A stretch of DNA of 64,000 nt from Felis catus (taxonomy: Eukaryota): the NCBI RefSeq assembly GCF_018350175.1, contig NC_058368.1, positions 150,166,001 through 150,230,000 of the forward strand, given 5' to 3'. The notes beneath the pieces are model-generated. The model was not told the origin of the DNA. It was given only the letters and a program-made list of their open reading frames with translations, and did no database searches. Made by a program: the position numbers and the translations under genes. Positions 50,001-63,511 of this stretch are shown here, one piece after another. Each line of letters begins with the position of its first letter. The stretch's first letter is position 1.

Positions 50001-51699
50001 TGCATTATGTGTTACAGTGCAGAGTACGCTTACCATTGAGAAGAGTGTGTTAAAGAGCTCAGCGTCCACTTTTTGTGCACATAAAATCAACCCACGTTCC
50101 AAGGAAATGCATAGACTGTCAGGGCTGTGAAGAAAGGATGCATTTAACACAGGAAAGGGTTTTACTAACTAACACAGTTGTATGCTGTAGTTCAGTTATG
50201 GAGGAAGAGGGGCTAAGAATCTTTTATCTGATAAATGTGTGAAATTCATCTTTCTATAGTCAAAGAAACTGCTCTACCAGAAGGAGAAAAAAAGAGAATG
50301 TGTTATATATTGTCATACTCCTTTTTAATAAAACCTAGGGAAAACTATTTGTTCCAGGCTGAGGTTGGGAGAAATAAGACAAGAGTGAAAATATGAATTT
50401 GTTTTTACAGACTTGCCCAGTATTCGGACACACAACGAAAAACCCATCCAGGAGTCTATTTTTGCACTGGGCCAAAAGGATTGGCAACTGTTTATAAGAG
50501 TGGGCAAAATGAACCGAGGAGAGTAATCACCGGGCAATTCAGATGCAGATTGTAGGCATGGAGGAAAGGGTGGGAACATGCAGTTATGATGAGTAAAATC
50601 GCTGACTTTAGTCATCAAGACCAAGAGTTAAATATGTGTTTGCTTTGTTAGGGATGAATCAGGCTGAGCGACAATTGTCTGTGGTTGTGGTTATTGAGAA
50701 GAGAGAGTCAGTGTGCTATATGAGTGCTGGCAAGTGTTCTCATCCTGCGTGAGCCTAAAAAAAAAAAAAATTCTGTTACCGTTTCCATTGGCCAAGTAAT
50801 GTGATCGTTCCTAGGGCATAAAAATCACAGCAGGAATTTACAAAAATTAGACAAGAACTGCAGCGCACATTATGCCACATGGTCATGAAAACTGTAATCA
50901 ATATTAATATTATTGAACATAGAGAATATTAAAAAAAAGGAGTCTGTTGAAAATGAGATATCAAAACTATGTAATTTATAAGTCTTTTATTTAGGGGAAT
51001 GGTAGGCAAGTGTCTCCAATGTAGAAAGACTTTAACTTCCAACAGGTCGGCTCAGCCAGTCTGTATTAATGAACTATGCCAGACCTAGCATGGGGCAACC
51101 TATTATAAAGGATAAATGGGAGGGAGAAGAATCAGCAAGAAAAGAGTACTTTTCATGAAAAAGAGCAACAATGATAGGAGCATCTTCAAGCACTAACTAC
51201 ATTACAAAACCAGGATTGTAAATCCTACAGGAATGTGGAAAAGAGTTCATTCAGAATGAAAATGAGATCAAAGTTTGGATGGTCTACTTTGTATTTGATG
51301 AGTTGTAAAGCAATATAATGTGACAGAAAATTTGCTATATAAGTTGTGGGTAAGTCCCTCCTTTTTTGTTTTTGAGCTTCAGCTTCATCATTTCTGACTT
51401 GAGGATCACTCTAGTAAGAATAAGTAACACTCATTGACAACATATTCCATTCAGAATTTGAAACTAGACTTTCAAGCCAGGCTATGAGTCATTATTTCAC
51501 TCGTAATCTTTACCTTTGTAATGGCTTACCTTAATGCCTTTTCTCCTCAAATGAAAATTACCAGATCAGAAGATAAGGTTCCAGATCTGAGGTTCTATAA
51601 TATGTCAATATTGATTGACTGAAGTCAGTGAAGCCTAAAAACAAAACATAACTCTCTCTTAAATTAACAATCAAAAAGGAATAAGTCCGTGCTTATGGC

Positions 51700-52570
51700 A
51701 ACCTGGTAATTGTACAATTGCTGATGGAGTTATTCTTCGAGACGCAAATTAGAAATATCTATTATGTCCATATCTTTCAACTTAATAATTCCATTTCTAG
51801 TTATGTTAGGTATAATATTTAGTGTAGAAAATCTATTCGTACAAAGGTGCTTGCTTCAACCTTGACCAGTACAGCAAAGCATTAGATGCAACCAAATTTA
51901 AAAAAATGGAGAACTGATTAAGAAAATTGATGGAACACCACGAAGCTACTAAAACTGATAGTTATGAAGACTATAACAATGGCAACCTAAATGCCCATCC
52001 AAGTGAGAACAGATAAAAAAAAGTGTGGCATGTGCACTGTGGTTTGTTATACAGAGTCATAACAAATGCCATAGAATGACAGACAACCTTATGAATAAGT
52101 CTTAGTACTAAGATTATTAAAGAAAGTAGATTCCAAAAGACCACATGCAGTATACTAAGCTTTTTATAAAGTCAGAAATAAAATATATAGTTTTTAGGAT
52201 CACATATAGATACAATTTACAATTTATATAGATGTATATATACACCACCATTACATATATTTATAATGTATATAATATATATACAATGTATATATATATA
52301 TATTATATATTTTTCATACATGTGAAGTAAGGGAACAGTAACAATAGAGTTCTGAATGACACTTCTGGGGGGGGGGAAAGGTAGGTGAGGGCTGGGAGAC
52401 ACAATGTACAGTGTAGGTTGTTGTCGAACTCATAGTTTTTGGGAGGATGGAGGTGAATTTCTGAGGGATTTTATAGTACTACAAATAAGTACATGCTTGA
52501 ACCACTAATGAGAATGTTGTCATGAACCTAGGATTATGATTCCTGCAATTATGTATATCTACAAGCCAAA
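51700..52570 (+). mobile_element. Decayed old L1 3' fragments
   Basis: 'aataattccatttctag', 'ggcaacctaaatgcccatc', 'aaccactaatgagaatgttgtcatgaacctaggattatgatt'. Confidence 0.55.
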
Positions 52571-54073
52571 CAGAAATAAAGATAAGACACATTTTTTAAA
52601 AAATATAAAATGGTTTTTAAAGATTCACTAATAAAAAAGACTAGAAGATAATAAATACAAATAATGGTTGTGTTGCTGTGGTAACTGTGTGATTTTTCCT
52701 TTTCTTTTTCAAATATTCTAAAACATATTATTTTAATGAGGACAACTGTTTATAACTCATTAAAAAACAGTATGCAGACCCATGGGTCTGTATGCCAATG
52801 AACTTTTGTAAATATGAAGAAGACAAATGAAATAATGTAAAATTGATCAGCATTTCAGCAGGCTGTGGACCAATCCCCATAGCTGGAGGACATGAAGAAG
52901 TCACTATTGACCTTGCATTGACAACTAATTTAAGAATGAATCAAGAAAAAAAAATGTGACTATTTGCAAGAGCACATGCCAGATCCAATTTGCAATGAAA
53001 AGTTATATTACCTACCAGAAAAATCTCCATTTGGCATTGACCTGGGGTGTGCAACTGTTAGGTTTCAAACATGAAAGTAATATGACCGATATGCTCTCCT
53101 TTTCAGTTATTTCTGCAGAGGTTGTATACAGAGGAGTTTCAGATTAACATATGTAACATGGACTTTGAGCCCATTAGTTGAATGTTGATGCGCAGAAAAC
53201 CAACAGGAATAGGGGATGATTCATAATACAAACAAATTGATTGGACACTTTGACAATGATGTTCATAGAGCATGACATTGTTTCTGGTTGGATATTAATG
53301 CATTAGGAGGCTCATTCAGCATCAGAAAAATATTACACCAAATTACACTTTTATAAAGAGCTCTAAACCTTTGATTTAGAAACATTTAGACCATTTTCCA
53401 CCTTTCTTTTAGCTTTTAAGATATAAGCTATATGATTGTTTTTAAAATATAATGATAATTTACATTTGAAGAATACTAGATGAATTAGGCGATATACTTT
53501 GCAGCAATGTCATATAAATTTTCCTCAAATTTAGTGTTTTCTTTCTAGTACACCATCTGTAACACATATAAATCAGTAGATTTCACAGTGTATTTATTCC
53601 AGTTTTATTTGCCCAGTAATTAAAAAAAAAAATCTTGGGCAAGAAATAGCTTTCAGAAAATAGTCTCTTTACAGAATTTAAAGATTACCTTCCCTTTATC
53701 TTCTCTTTTATGCTATTCCTCATTGTAAAATAAAAATAAAGTTGGAAAATATTTTATGAAGTAATCATTTATAATTTCTCATCTATTAAAATTTAAAACC
53801 ACAAGTGTTTGGTTTTTCTCTTGCTAGTTATTTAAAGTCTCTGGCTTTCAATGACAGGTGTAGAAAGCTATGTGATAAAATAAATTAGATCTTCAGATTC
53901 GAAAGAAAAATAACCAAGTTTGAATCCTCCTGCTGCCACCTTGAAAAAAATCATGTAAAATCTCTGAATCTTATTTTCCTAACCTGTGAGAAGATGACAG
54001 CAGCCAACATAGTTTACAAGAATCCTTGAAAAATAAATGGGAGCTTCTATTCAAATGAGCAAAACTCTTATTG

Positions 54074-54296
54074 GTTTTGTTTGTTTTTAATTTTTTATAA
54101 CGTTAATTTACTTTGAGAGTCAGACACAGAGTGTGAGAGGGGGTGGGGCAGACAAAGGGAGACACAGAATCTGAAGCAGGCTCCAGGCTCTGAGCTGTCA
54201 GCACAGAGCCCGACATGGAGCTCAAACTCACAAACCCTGAGATCATGACCTGAGCTGAAGTCAGCTACTTCATCGACTGAGCCACCCAGGCACCCC
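54074..54296 (-). mobile_element. Can-SINE with 13-bp TSD
   Basis: Full body; TSD aaaactcttattg at 54061-54073 and 54297-54309. Confidence 0.97.
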
Positions 54297-54819
54297 AAAA
54301 CTCTTATTGTTTTTAATAATTGTTTTAGAACAAAGCTCTAAAGATAAACATAATAATTATTTTAGAATAAAGAACTTGAAACCAAACCATCCTCCTAGCA
54401 CAAGGAGGACGAGGCTGTCTCAAGAGTGCACGGAAATCCCAGTGAACGCTTTTGTAAGGGATTAAGAACAGTCTCCTCTGAAATCAGGCACCCAATGCCA
54501 ATACTACTATGTTGTCCTAGGGACAGCAGGGCAGCACTCGCTTTCTGCAGAGTTGGACTGAAGTCTGTGGGCTCCAATACAAGCACCTACACAGATGTTC
54601 TGTGGAGATTCTGGACATGAGATGTCACTGTGTCAGGAGGTAGAGAAGAAATGTGGCACAAGTGAGCTCTATGACATAAACATAGCATCTGGTCTAAGGC
54701 TTCTAGCATTGCTAATAATCACGATATTTAAATAAATGTATTTGTTTCTTGCATTTTAAAGTTATTTAAATTATTCATATTTATGTAGAAAATAGATGCA
54801 AAAAATAAAAGCAAGCAGA

Positions 54820-55905
54820 AAAAAATTACCCATAATCGTACTACCATAACTATTAGTTATATTTCTGCTAATAGTATGTAACCACTAGTAGCATTTTGAC
54901 CAATATTTTATATGTTATTTTCAATGTGCATGGATGAAATATATGTATCTTTAAAGTGGGATCATAGTATGACATTTTTTGGATATGTTGCATTTACCAA
55001 CATATCATCAACATACTACATATTGATCAATATAGGTTGACCCCATCATTTGTAATTATTGAATAGAATTCCATTTTATGAATATATACGTTATTCAAAT
55101 GATAACCTATAACTGTATATTTAAATTATTTTCAGATTTTCCCCATTATAATAATATTGTAATATACATCTTCACATTTCTATCTTTATGAATCTCTATG
55201 ATTATTGAAAAAGAAATTTAGAAGTAGAATTTCTGAATTAAATACATTGCTTCCAACCACACTGTACAAAGTTTCTACTAATTTTACTCCAGTCAGCAAT
55301 TTGTGAGAGCCCATTTCTTTTCAGGGAACCACACTGAGCATTTTCCTTCTTTAACTCTTTGACAGCCTGATAATTGATGAGAAAAGAGAGGATATCTAGT
55401 CTTTTTGTCCATGGTTATGATTACTAGTAAGATGAAATATTTTTCATCATCTATTATCATTTATATTTCTGATTATTGTACCTTGCCTGTTATATGTTCT
55501 TTTTATTACTAGTTTGTAAGATTTCTACATCAGACATCAACCTTTTTCTGTCACTCATAGTTATATATTTTTCCTTGTCTGTCATTTGCTTTTTCACTTG
55601 GATTATGGTACTTTTCCCCACACAAACGTCTTAAAATATTTAATTATTTAGATCTTTGAATTTTTGCTCTGAGTCTTGATTGAAAGGGCTTTCTTCACCT
55701 GTACATATGCACTTGTATTTCCTTCTAGTAGTTTTACATTTTATTATATACTTATATTCAATTCATTTAGAGAATTAATTTTATTTTAAGGTGTGGGTTA
55801 CATATTTAAATTTATTCTTGCCAAGTGGTTAACTTGTTGTACTTGCCACAACAATTTTTTATCAAATTGTACGTTTTCCTTACCGATTTTAAATGTTACA
55901 TTTAT
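54820..55905 (-). mobile_element. Old L1ME-like fragment
   Basis: Antisense L1 motifs 'gaatagaattccattttatgaatatatac', 'ctaattttactccagtcagcaatttgtgagag' and 'atgattactagtaagatgaaatatttttcat'. Confidence 0.65.
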
Positions 55906-55909
55906 TATA

Positions 55910-56347
55910 CAGTAGTCTCCCTATCCAAAGTTTCATTTTCCATAGCTTCAGTTACCTGTTATCAACTGCAGTCCAGAAATAAATGACACCCCTTCTGACC
56001 TGTCATCAGAAGGTCACTAGTAGCCAAATGCTATGTCCCAATGCTTACATCATTCACCTCACTTCGTCTCATCATGTAGGCTTTTTATCATCTCACACCA
56101 TCACAAGAAGGGTGAGTACAGGACAATAAGATATTTTGAGAGAAAGAGACCACATTCACATAACTTTTATTGTAGTATATAGTTATAATTGTTCTCCTTT
56201 ATTGTTCATTATTATTAATATCTCACTGCACCTAATTTATAAGTTAAACTTTATCATAGGTATGTATGTACAGGAAAAAACATAATATATTTTAAACAAC
56301 ATATGTAATATATATATGGTTACACATAGCATATATAGGATTCAGTA
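55910..56347 (+). mobile_element. MER44/Tigger7-like TcMar DNA transposon
   Basis: TA followed by 'cagtagtctccctatcc...ttcagttacc', 'cattcacctcacttcgtctcatca', 'cctaatttataagttaaactttatcataggtatgtatgtacagg'. Confidence 0.85.
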
Positions 56348-56979
56348 GGATCGTAATCTTACCACTATTACTTATGTTTCCACTCTTAGCTATTAGTACC
56401 ACTATCGTATATATAGATGGTATAGCGGCATACAACCACTAGAAGCATGTAGCTACCATACTGAACAGTAAAAGACTAAAAATTCAGTGCCATCAGGACT
56501 TAGATAATGACAAAAGCTTTTCTAGGGGTGCAGCTGGTCCAAGTAGAGTTACAGACTGATATAAAAAGATGGCCTATAACAAAACACAAAGAAAGAACTG
56601 GAGTTGAAATGCCAAGGAAGAGGAGCCTGCAAAAAAGGCTAAGAGAGAACAGTGTAAGAAATAGGACAAAAGGGGAGAACATCTGAGATTTGGAAGATGA
56701 GAAAAAAAGGTATTGGGGAGAAGAACTGTTGTTTCTAAGTTAGAAAATTTTGCTAATCCATCAAGTCATCTTCAACAAAGGGTTGGATAGCACTGAAAAC
56801 ATACTGGCAATTAAGAAGTAACGATCAATAATGGTTTTAAAATGAGCATCTAACAAATTCAGAGAGTCCAAGAAGAATTTTAACTGTTTTGTAGGTTTTA
56901 ACTAATTTCAAATATTTAGTTTTTACCTACAATTTTTAGCTAAGCATAAAACTTTCCATTTCATTTTGTGATGGAATAG

Positions 56980-57985
56980 AGTCATCCTTGATGCCTCAAG
57001 TTTTCACATTCCACATCTAATATACTATAGAATCTTGAAGTTTACAACTTTGAAATCTCTCCTCCCAAGTCATCTCCTGCCATCCTGGTACAAGCCACCA
57101 TCACTTACTGTTCTGGATGATACAGCAGCCTCTGGAACGGGGCTCCAGGATCTTACCCAATCCTACGTTCCAGATTTCACTCTGAGTCAGTGTGATCCTT
57201 TTATAAAAGAAGTCAGTTCCTATCATTCCTCTGCTGAAATGCTTGGAGGTATTCCTGTCTCTCTCAGAGTAAAAGGAAGAGTAGGTAAAAATTTCCTACA
57301 ATTCTCCATGATCTGACCATCTGCTTCCTCACTGATGGCATCTCCTGCAGCAATTTCTCCTTTAGACTTTTCAGCCATTCTAACAATCCTTTACCCCAGC
57401 CAGCCAATTTCTAAACTCTGGGCTCCCTCCTTACTTCCTTCAGATTTCTGCTCAAATGTCACTGTACCAAAACACCATTTCCGGACTGTTAGAGGAGCAG
57501 CCTCCTTTTCCTCGTTCCATATACCCTTATCCTATTTAATTTTTCTCTATAGCACTTCTTACTCTCTGTTTTCTATTGTATTGTACTACATTGCATTCTA
57601 TTCTTTTTTATTTGTTTGAGATATATAGAGAGAAAGAGAGTGAGCTGGGAAGGGGTAGAGGGAATAAGAGAGAGAGAGAGAAAGAGAGAACCTTAAGCAG
57701 GCTCCAACTCCCAGCAGAGAGCCCCACTGCAGGCTCAATCTCACCATTATGAGATCATGACCTGAGCCAAAATCAAGAGTCAGACAATTAACTGACTGAA
57801 CTATCCAGCCACCCCTATTCTATTCTATTCTATTCTATCCTATCCTATTCAATTTTTCTCTAATCTCTCCTCTCACTAGAGTGTGAGTCCCATGAGGGCA
57901 TGAGCTTTCTTTGGTTCCCTGCTGGATCCTGCAAGCCAAGATCAGTGGTGGCACTTATTAACTATATGACTCACTGAGTGAACTT
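56980..57985 (+). mobile_element. L2 3' portion interrupted by a SINE
   Basis: 'catcctggtacaagccaccatca', 'tctgctcaaatgtcac', 'cactagagtgtgagtcccatgagggca'. Confidence 0.75.
57603..57815 (-). mobile_element. Can-SINE, older subfamily, next to a (CTATT)n repeat
   Basis: 'gagatcatgacctgagccaaaatcaagagtcagac...ccagccacccc'. Confidence 0.92.
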
Positions 57986-58259
57986 GTATCTGGATATTTT
58001 AAAAATCACCATGAGTCTTCTAAATCATTGCTGGCATTAAAAGTAATGTTTCCAATTTTGAAGTCTCTCAGAAAGGTTTCTTCTCCCCAAGAGAAATTTC
58101 CATTTCATGTTTTGAAAGATTAAATGAAAAGGAATTTGAGTTATGATGATTGAATTTTGGGGATATCATAATTTCAAGAGATTTTTTTTACTGATAAAAT
58201 TTTATTGTGATCATTGAAAATAAAAATATTTCTTGAAAGGTCATACGGCATACAAATGA

Positions 58260-58500
58260 AAAGGTTAAGACTTTAGAGACTTTATAGCAATATCATCTAG
58301 TCTTGGAGATCTACTTCCCAGCTGTGTAATTTTGAGGACCCCTATATGCCTCAGTTTTCTCATCTGTAAAACAAAATAAATAATTGTACCTAATTTATAA
58401 AGCTGTCATGCGTATTAAATGATTTAGGTTATGCAAAGTGCTTAAAATAGTGCTTTGAACATAGAGTCTCATAAGAATTTGTGATTATTACTTATTTGAT
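58260..58500 (+). mobile_element. MIR
   Basis: 'tgcctcagttttctcatctgtaaaac...taattgtacc...atgcaaagtgcttaaaatagtgc'. Confidence 0.78.
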
Positions 58501-61129
58501 AATAGTATTATCACCTCACAAGTTAGTAGGTACTTGTGGTTGACAGACTCTTGGATTTTGTTAGTTTATTTTTCTCTGTAACGATTCCATGAAAAAGACC
58601 TCTTTAGGGGAGAAATCTAGGTAGTATTAACCGTGTAGATACAGAAAGTAGATAAGAGAATGAAGGCAATTTCTAGTCATTTGCATAAACTCTCTTCTTT
58701 TTCACCTGTGGGACTCAAACAAACTTTTTGGGCCCTTATACTTTGCAAATAAATGCCAACTTGTACCTCCATTTTAGTTTATGTGCACGGGCAAAGTCAA
58801 AGAGAAATAGGGCAGATTCAGCAAGTGATTCCCCAATAGAGTAAAACTCTAAAAGCAAGTTTCTTCTGCCCAGAAAAAAAGGCTATTTAGAAGAATGAGG
58901 AGTTCCAATATTGAGAATGAGTGAAGAAAGTTCAAATTCACAAACCCTAGGTTTTAAAAAAATTGACCTTATGGAAGTCAGGTCCTTAAATATTTGTCCT
59001 CCTCAGGTAAATCTGACTTAAGCTGTTCATCCATACTGTATTTCTAGGACATGACATCAATGATCATTTTTTTAGCCTTCCAAAACACTTAGAAATTTAT
59101 ATATTACATTTCATAAATCGACTAGATGGTGATATTAACAGTCATAATTGATACTGAGCCATGGTGTTTAATTTTGCATCACCTGTGTTTACATGTATTT
59201 ATCACCTTATTTGAACGTAATCTTTATAAAATCGGGTCTTCCACTTCCTTAGTAATTCCCCAAAGAAGCAAGAGCAGTGTTCAGGAAACAACATTATTGG
59301 TGGGGATATAACAATCAAACAGAATTTTTAAGGACATCATGTCCTCTCTTTCAAATATTATTGCTTTTGAAAAATATAATCTGCTACTTAAAAGTAAATT
59401 TTAATGAGGAACAGATTATTGTTGCCTATGTAAAACATTTGACATGATTTCTTGAACAATAGTGAACACCACTAAAAGTTGATTTCTCTTCTGCCATGAC
59501 CTGAGGCATATTTATTAGCTTTTCACTGCCTAAATGTCTCAGCCTAAAACCCAGCAACAATCAAGACTTGATATTCAATTTAACTGAGCAAAATATTCAC
59601 TTTAAGGATTGAAAAGACAAAAGAATTATATGAATTTATTTTCCTCCAACTCTGCCCCAGGGTTTACAATTGTGTCAGAGACAAGTCAGACTGGAGGAAA
59701 TGGCATCTAATGAAATGCTGAAAAGGCAGCACTCATTGAGCCAAGAGATCAGAGAAGGAAGTCATCACTTTGTGATCTTAGTCAGGGAGAAAGTGGGGCT
59801 TCAGCTAATACCTAAAAGGTATGTAGAGTTTGAAGAAAGAAATGGGAGAAAAGATGGTTACAGCTCTGGCTTTGGAAATTTTGTACTTTTTATTTTTGGC
59901 CAGGACACATTTACAGATGATCTATTAAATTAAAAAAAAAAAAAAAAAAAAAAAGACTTTGTCCATCTTTGTAGCCTTTGTGTCTCCCTAATCTACTCAA
60001 AGGTGACTCAGAGTCTTTATAAACAAAGTTCAAAAGATCAGTCGGAGACAAAAATCTCATGAATTGTATAAAATTGTTCCTGTTTAAAAAAATAATAGTG
60101 AAGGATTTGTTTTGCAGAAAGAGAGGAATTAAGCAGTGGGAGAAATAATAATATCCCCAACATTTATCATAATAGAATTTAGTATCTTTGATTTTGTCAC
60201 TTACACCCTGGGGAAATATACTACAAACTACATTTTTACCTGTCATGTCCTTTTTTGTAGAAAAATTAGCATTAAAAATATCCTTAGTCAAAGTCACCAT
60301 TTCAATGTAAGTTATAATTAAAAATGAATGGAATAAAAGGGAATTGATCATTTTTATAGTTTGCAATATGCTTAATTGTGATTTTTCTTAAAAAGAAACT
60401 AACCACTACCACAACAAAATTATTTACAGGATATAATAATGTGGGAAGCAAGAGATTCAAGGAGATGGGGAAGGAAAGAAGGCAATTCTTTTAGATTCCC
60501 AGCTTTATTTTATTCTAATTTTATTCTAGGTATTCTAATTTTAATATGTGCCATCCTGTAAAAATCCTGCATCTTAACTATAACAGAAAGATATTGATCC
60601 AAGATTTTGAGGGGGTTGGGGAAAAAGAATGAGGGAGACACAGGGATTGAGGGAAATTTATAGCTGGAGCTGATACTGAGTGAAAATTTAGAGTACGTAC
60701 CTAGCTTGTTTTGTGCTTCCTTTCTTCCAGAGAGGAAATGACACTTTAGATTCCCTGGGATGCTGGAACCACATGCAAAAAAGGATGGGCAAATTTGTCA
60801 TTCAGAATTTATGAAGGATATTTTTTCTTCTCACTGACTAAAAAGAACAAATCAAACACTAGGTTTCCAATTCTGAAAATTAGTAGACTCTGGAGAGCCA
60901 ATTAAACATTATTCCCCTATCTCGACTCTGTTTTAACATCCTTCTTTATTGCACACTGTTTCTTTCGCTCACAAGGCAGGTAGATGGTGTTATCAGGCTA
61001 ATTTGGGGACAGTTATCATTATAATGTAATTTTTTGCAATTATGTGGTAGACCAGGTGGCAAGACAGCATGGCTTTGCATTGCCAAGGTGCAAAACAAAT
61101 TCAGTGTTCAATCAACCTGAGAGAGAAAG

Positions 61130-61295
61130 GACAATTCTCATTTGCATAAACATGTAGCCACGGAAACGAGATGCACAGAGGTATAAGGGGAAAGAGACCT
61201 ATTTTACATGATGTGCATAGAATATTTGACAGTTTAGATTGGAGGCGTCATTGATGTGGGTTGGAATGGTACGGTTGGTTGCCATGGATATGGTT
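61130..61295. promoter_or_regulatory. Candidate cis-regulatory module (octamer, two RFX X-box-like sites, CCAAT)
   Basis: ATTTGCAT at 61140, GTAGCCACGGAAAC 61154-61167, ATTGG 61238, GTTGCCATGGATAT 61278-61291, in DNA with no recognisable young repeat. Confidence 0.4.
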
Positions 61296-63466
61296 TTCCC
61301 TACTGGCAGTGCAGAGATTGGCAGGGATGGATGCTGGAAAAAAAAAAAAAAAAGCCCAAACCACTGCAACACTCTGGCAGCCTCATTCTTTTCTTTTGTT
61401 GAAAAGCTATGTATCCTTTCTGCACTAATGACAGCTCATCAAGTATGCAGTGTAATCTAGAAACACTGATATTTCTGTAATAAATCATTCATGTATAATA
61501 TATATGTATTTATACATTCTATGCACATATATATGTGGCGATCTACATGTATATATTTGGAATAACATGTATGCAGATTAATAAAAGATTAGATTCAGGA
61601 GGAAAATATTTACCTCTTTCCTACTCTTTTCTATTTAGCATTAATTTAGGAAATCCTTAGATATGATGATTTATTAAATAAAGTAAACAGTGTATAAATA
61701 CACTGAATTATCATCTAACTTACAAAAAGAGAATTGCACAGTTTGTCTTTGTGGAGAAGGCAAACAATGAAAGAAAGGAGGAGTGGCTCGTCACAAGGGC
61801 CTAGTCTCTGATTATTTGACCCCTACAGTCACCACATTGTTGCAATATAACTACTCAAATGATACTTATCCATGAAAAACAAGGTAGTTTCTATTTTCTT
61901 TACAGGTTCTAGCACAACATTTAGCATAGTATAAACCCAAATATGCTATTTATGCTGGTTTTCAGAACAGTCAGGCATTTACTTTTTATTTCTAAAAGCT
62001 CACCCACCTTGTTTCCAGACAGTTAGTCCAGAGCCTTGCTTTTATTAAAAGGGTTGCAGGAAAACCTTTTGTCTTTAAGAATTTATTCACTAACATACTT
62101 TGTGATGGGGTCTGAAGGAGCGAAGTCTCCAACCACCCAGTCCAGCAGGGTAAGAACCTTTGTTTCCATGAATGCAGCTTTGCACTCGGCCATACTCTCA
62201 AGATCTGAATGCTGGTAGACAAGTTCTTATGAACTTGTGGGTTTCCTCAATCCTCCTCCCAGAATGGGGAGAAATGTTGACTGGCGCAGCATCCTCTAAA
62301 TTTTCTGTCCACCCAAACATTGGAAACTGGGTAAAGAGTTGGAAACAGGATTATTGTACTATCAAAATACCAGGATCACTTTTGAAATATGGCTACGTTG
62401 TTTGCCTTTAATAATTGGCTTAATAATATAATAGTTGATCCATACAGCCATAACTTGATGGATAACTACCAGTGAACTGATCTGTATTTGGATTAAGATT
62501 TAAGAGTGTGCACTTGAAAGAACAATTAAAATATTTTTCTCTCGCCTTGTAAGAGAGGTCTTCTCAATGGGCAAGTGAAGAAAGTCTGCATTGATACTAC
62601 ATAATTTTGCCTTACTTAACATTTTATATGAAGATCTATTCTTTATTGATAAGACATATAAAAGGCACCAGTTATTTTTGCTACTTTATTTTCTTACATG
62701 AAACCTGCTAGTGGGTCAGTTCCTGTGAGAACACTTACTCCACCCTCCACCATCATTGTTCTTTCCCTAGAAACCACTCAATAATCGCTAGTATCCATTC
62801 TATGCTAAACTAATCAGTGACCCCTTTCTCAAGGTGAAAATCATCTGTAATCATATTGTATTTATTTTCATTATCCTTAAGTCTTGGTTTATTTTTACCT
62901 GTGCTTCTTAGAATGCTGAGCTCTTATTTATTCCCTAAATCCTTTTGTCTCCAGTGCATGTGGACATTAATAAATATTTGTTGCCCCCAAAATTAAAGTT
63001 AGTAATTGCTTTAATCTTTCCGTTTTGTTTCCTAAGTTTTAAAAAAAAACTCTTAAAAAATGAAACTTCCAAACTCTACGCAGATAATAAGATTATCATA
63101 TAAGGAGATTCAAATGAGTAAAAAGTGATTAAGTACAACTTTTAATACAGTAAATTAACACAATACAGATGATCAACTTGGCCATATACCTTTTGATCAC
63201 ATGTAGACATTTCTGTCCAGGCACTCCTCTCAACTATATTTTATTGCCTTCTGTACTTTGCCTTATTTCCTATAACACTCTGTGTTCTTTTCTGTTTTTC
63301 TTTCCCACTCCTATCATCCTTGTTTGTGCACTATTCCTCCATTTGTAATTGATATAAAAGGTACAATATTGAAGAAAAGCAAGTGATGCTGGGGCATGTT
63401 CACCATTGCCCATAGGTTCTGAAGACACTTGCAAGATCCTAGCCTGTTTCTTTACTTATTAAAGGA

Positions 63467-63511
63467 GAAGAAGAAGAAGAAGAAGAAGAAGAAGAAGAAG
63501 AAGAAGAAGAA
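63467..63511. repeat. (GAA)15 trinucleotide repeat within a purine-rich tract
   Basis: Perfect GAA run; purine-rich flank continues to about 63555. Confidence 0.97.

Noticed and set aside
9452..54298. Many short ORFs with motifs such as GSVLTAQSLEP, SAQVMIS and LSLSLSQK
   Set aside because: They are translations of Can-SINE bodies, not genes
59911..60366. 151-aa minus-strand ORF
   Set aside because: Non-ATG start, AT-biased residues, ends in a homopolymer-derived poly-Phe; no family recognised
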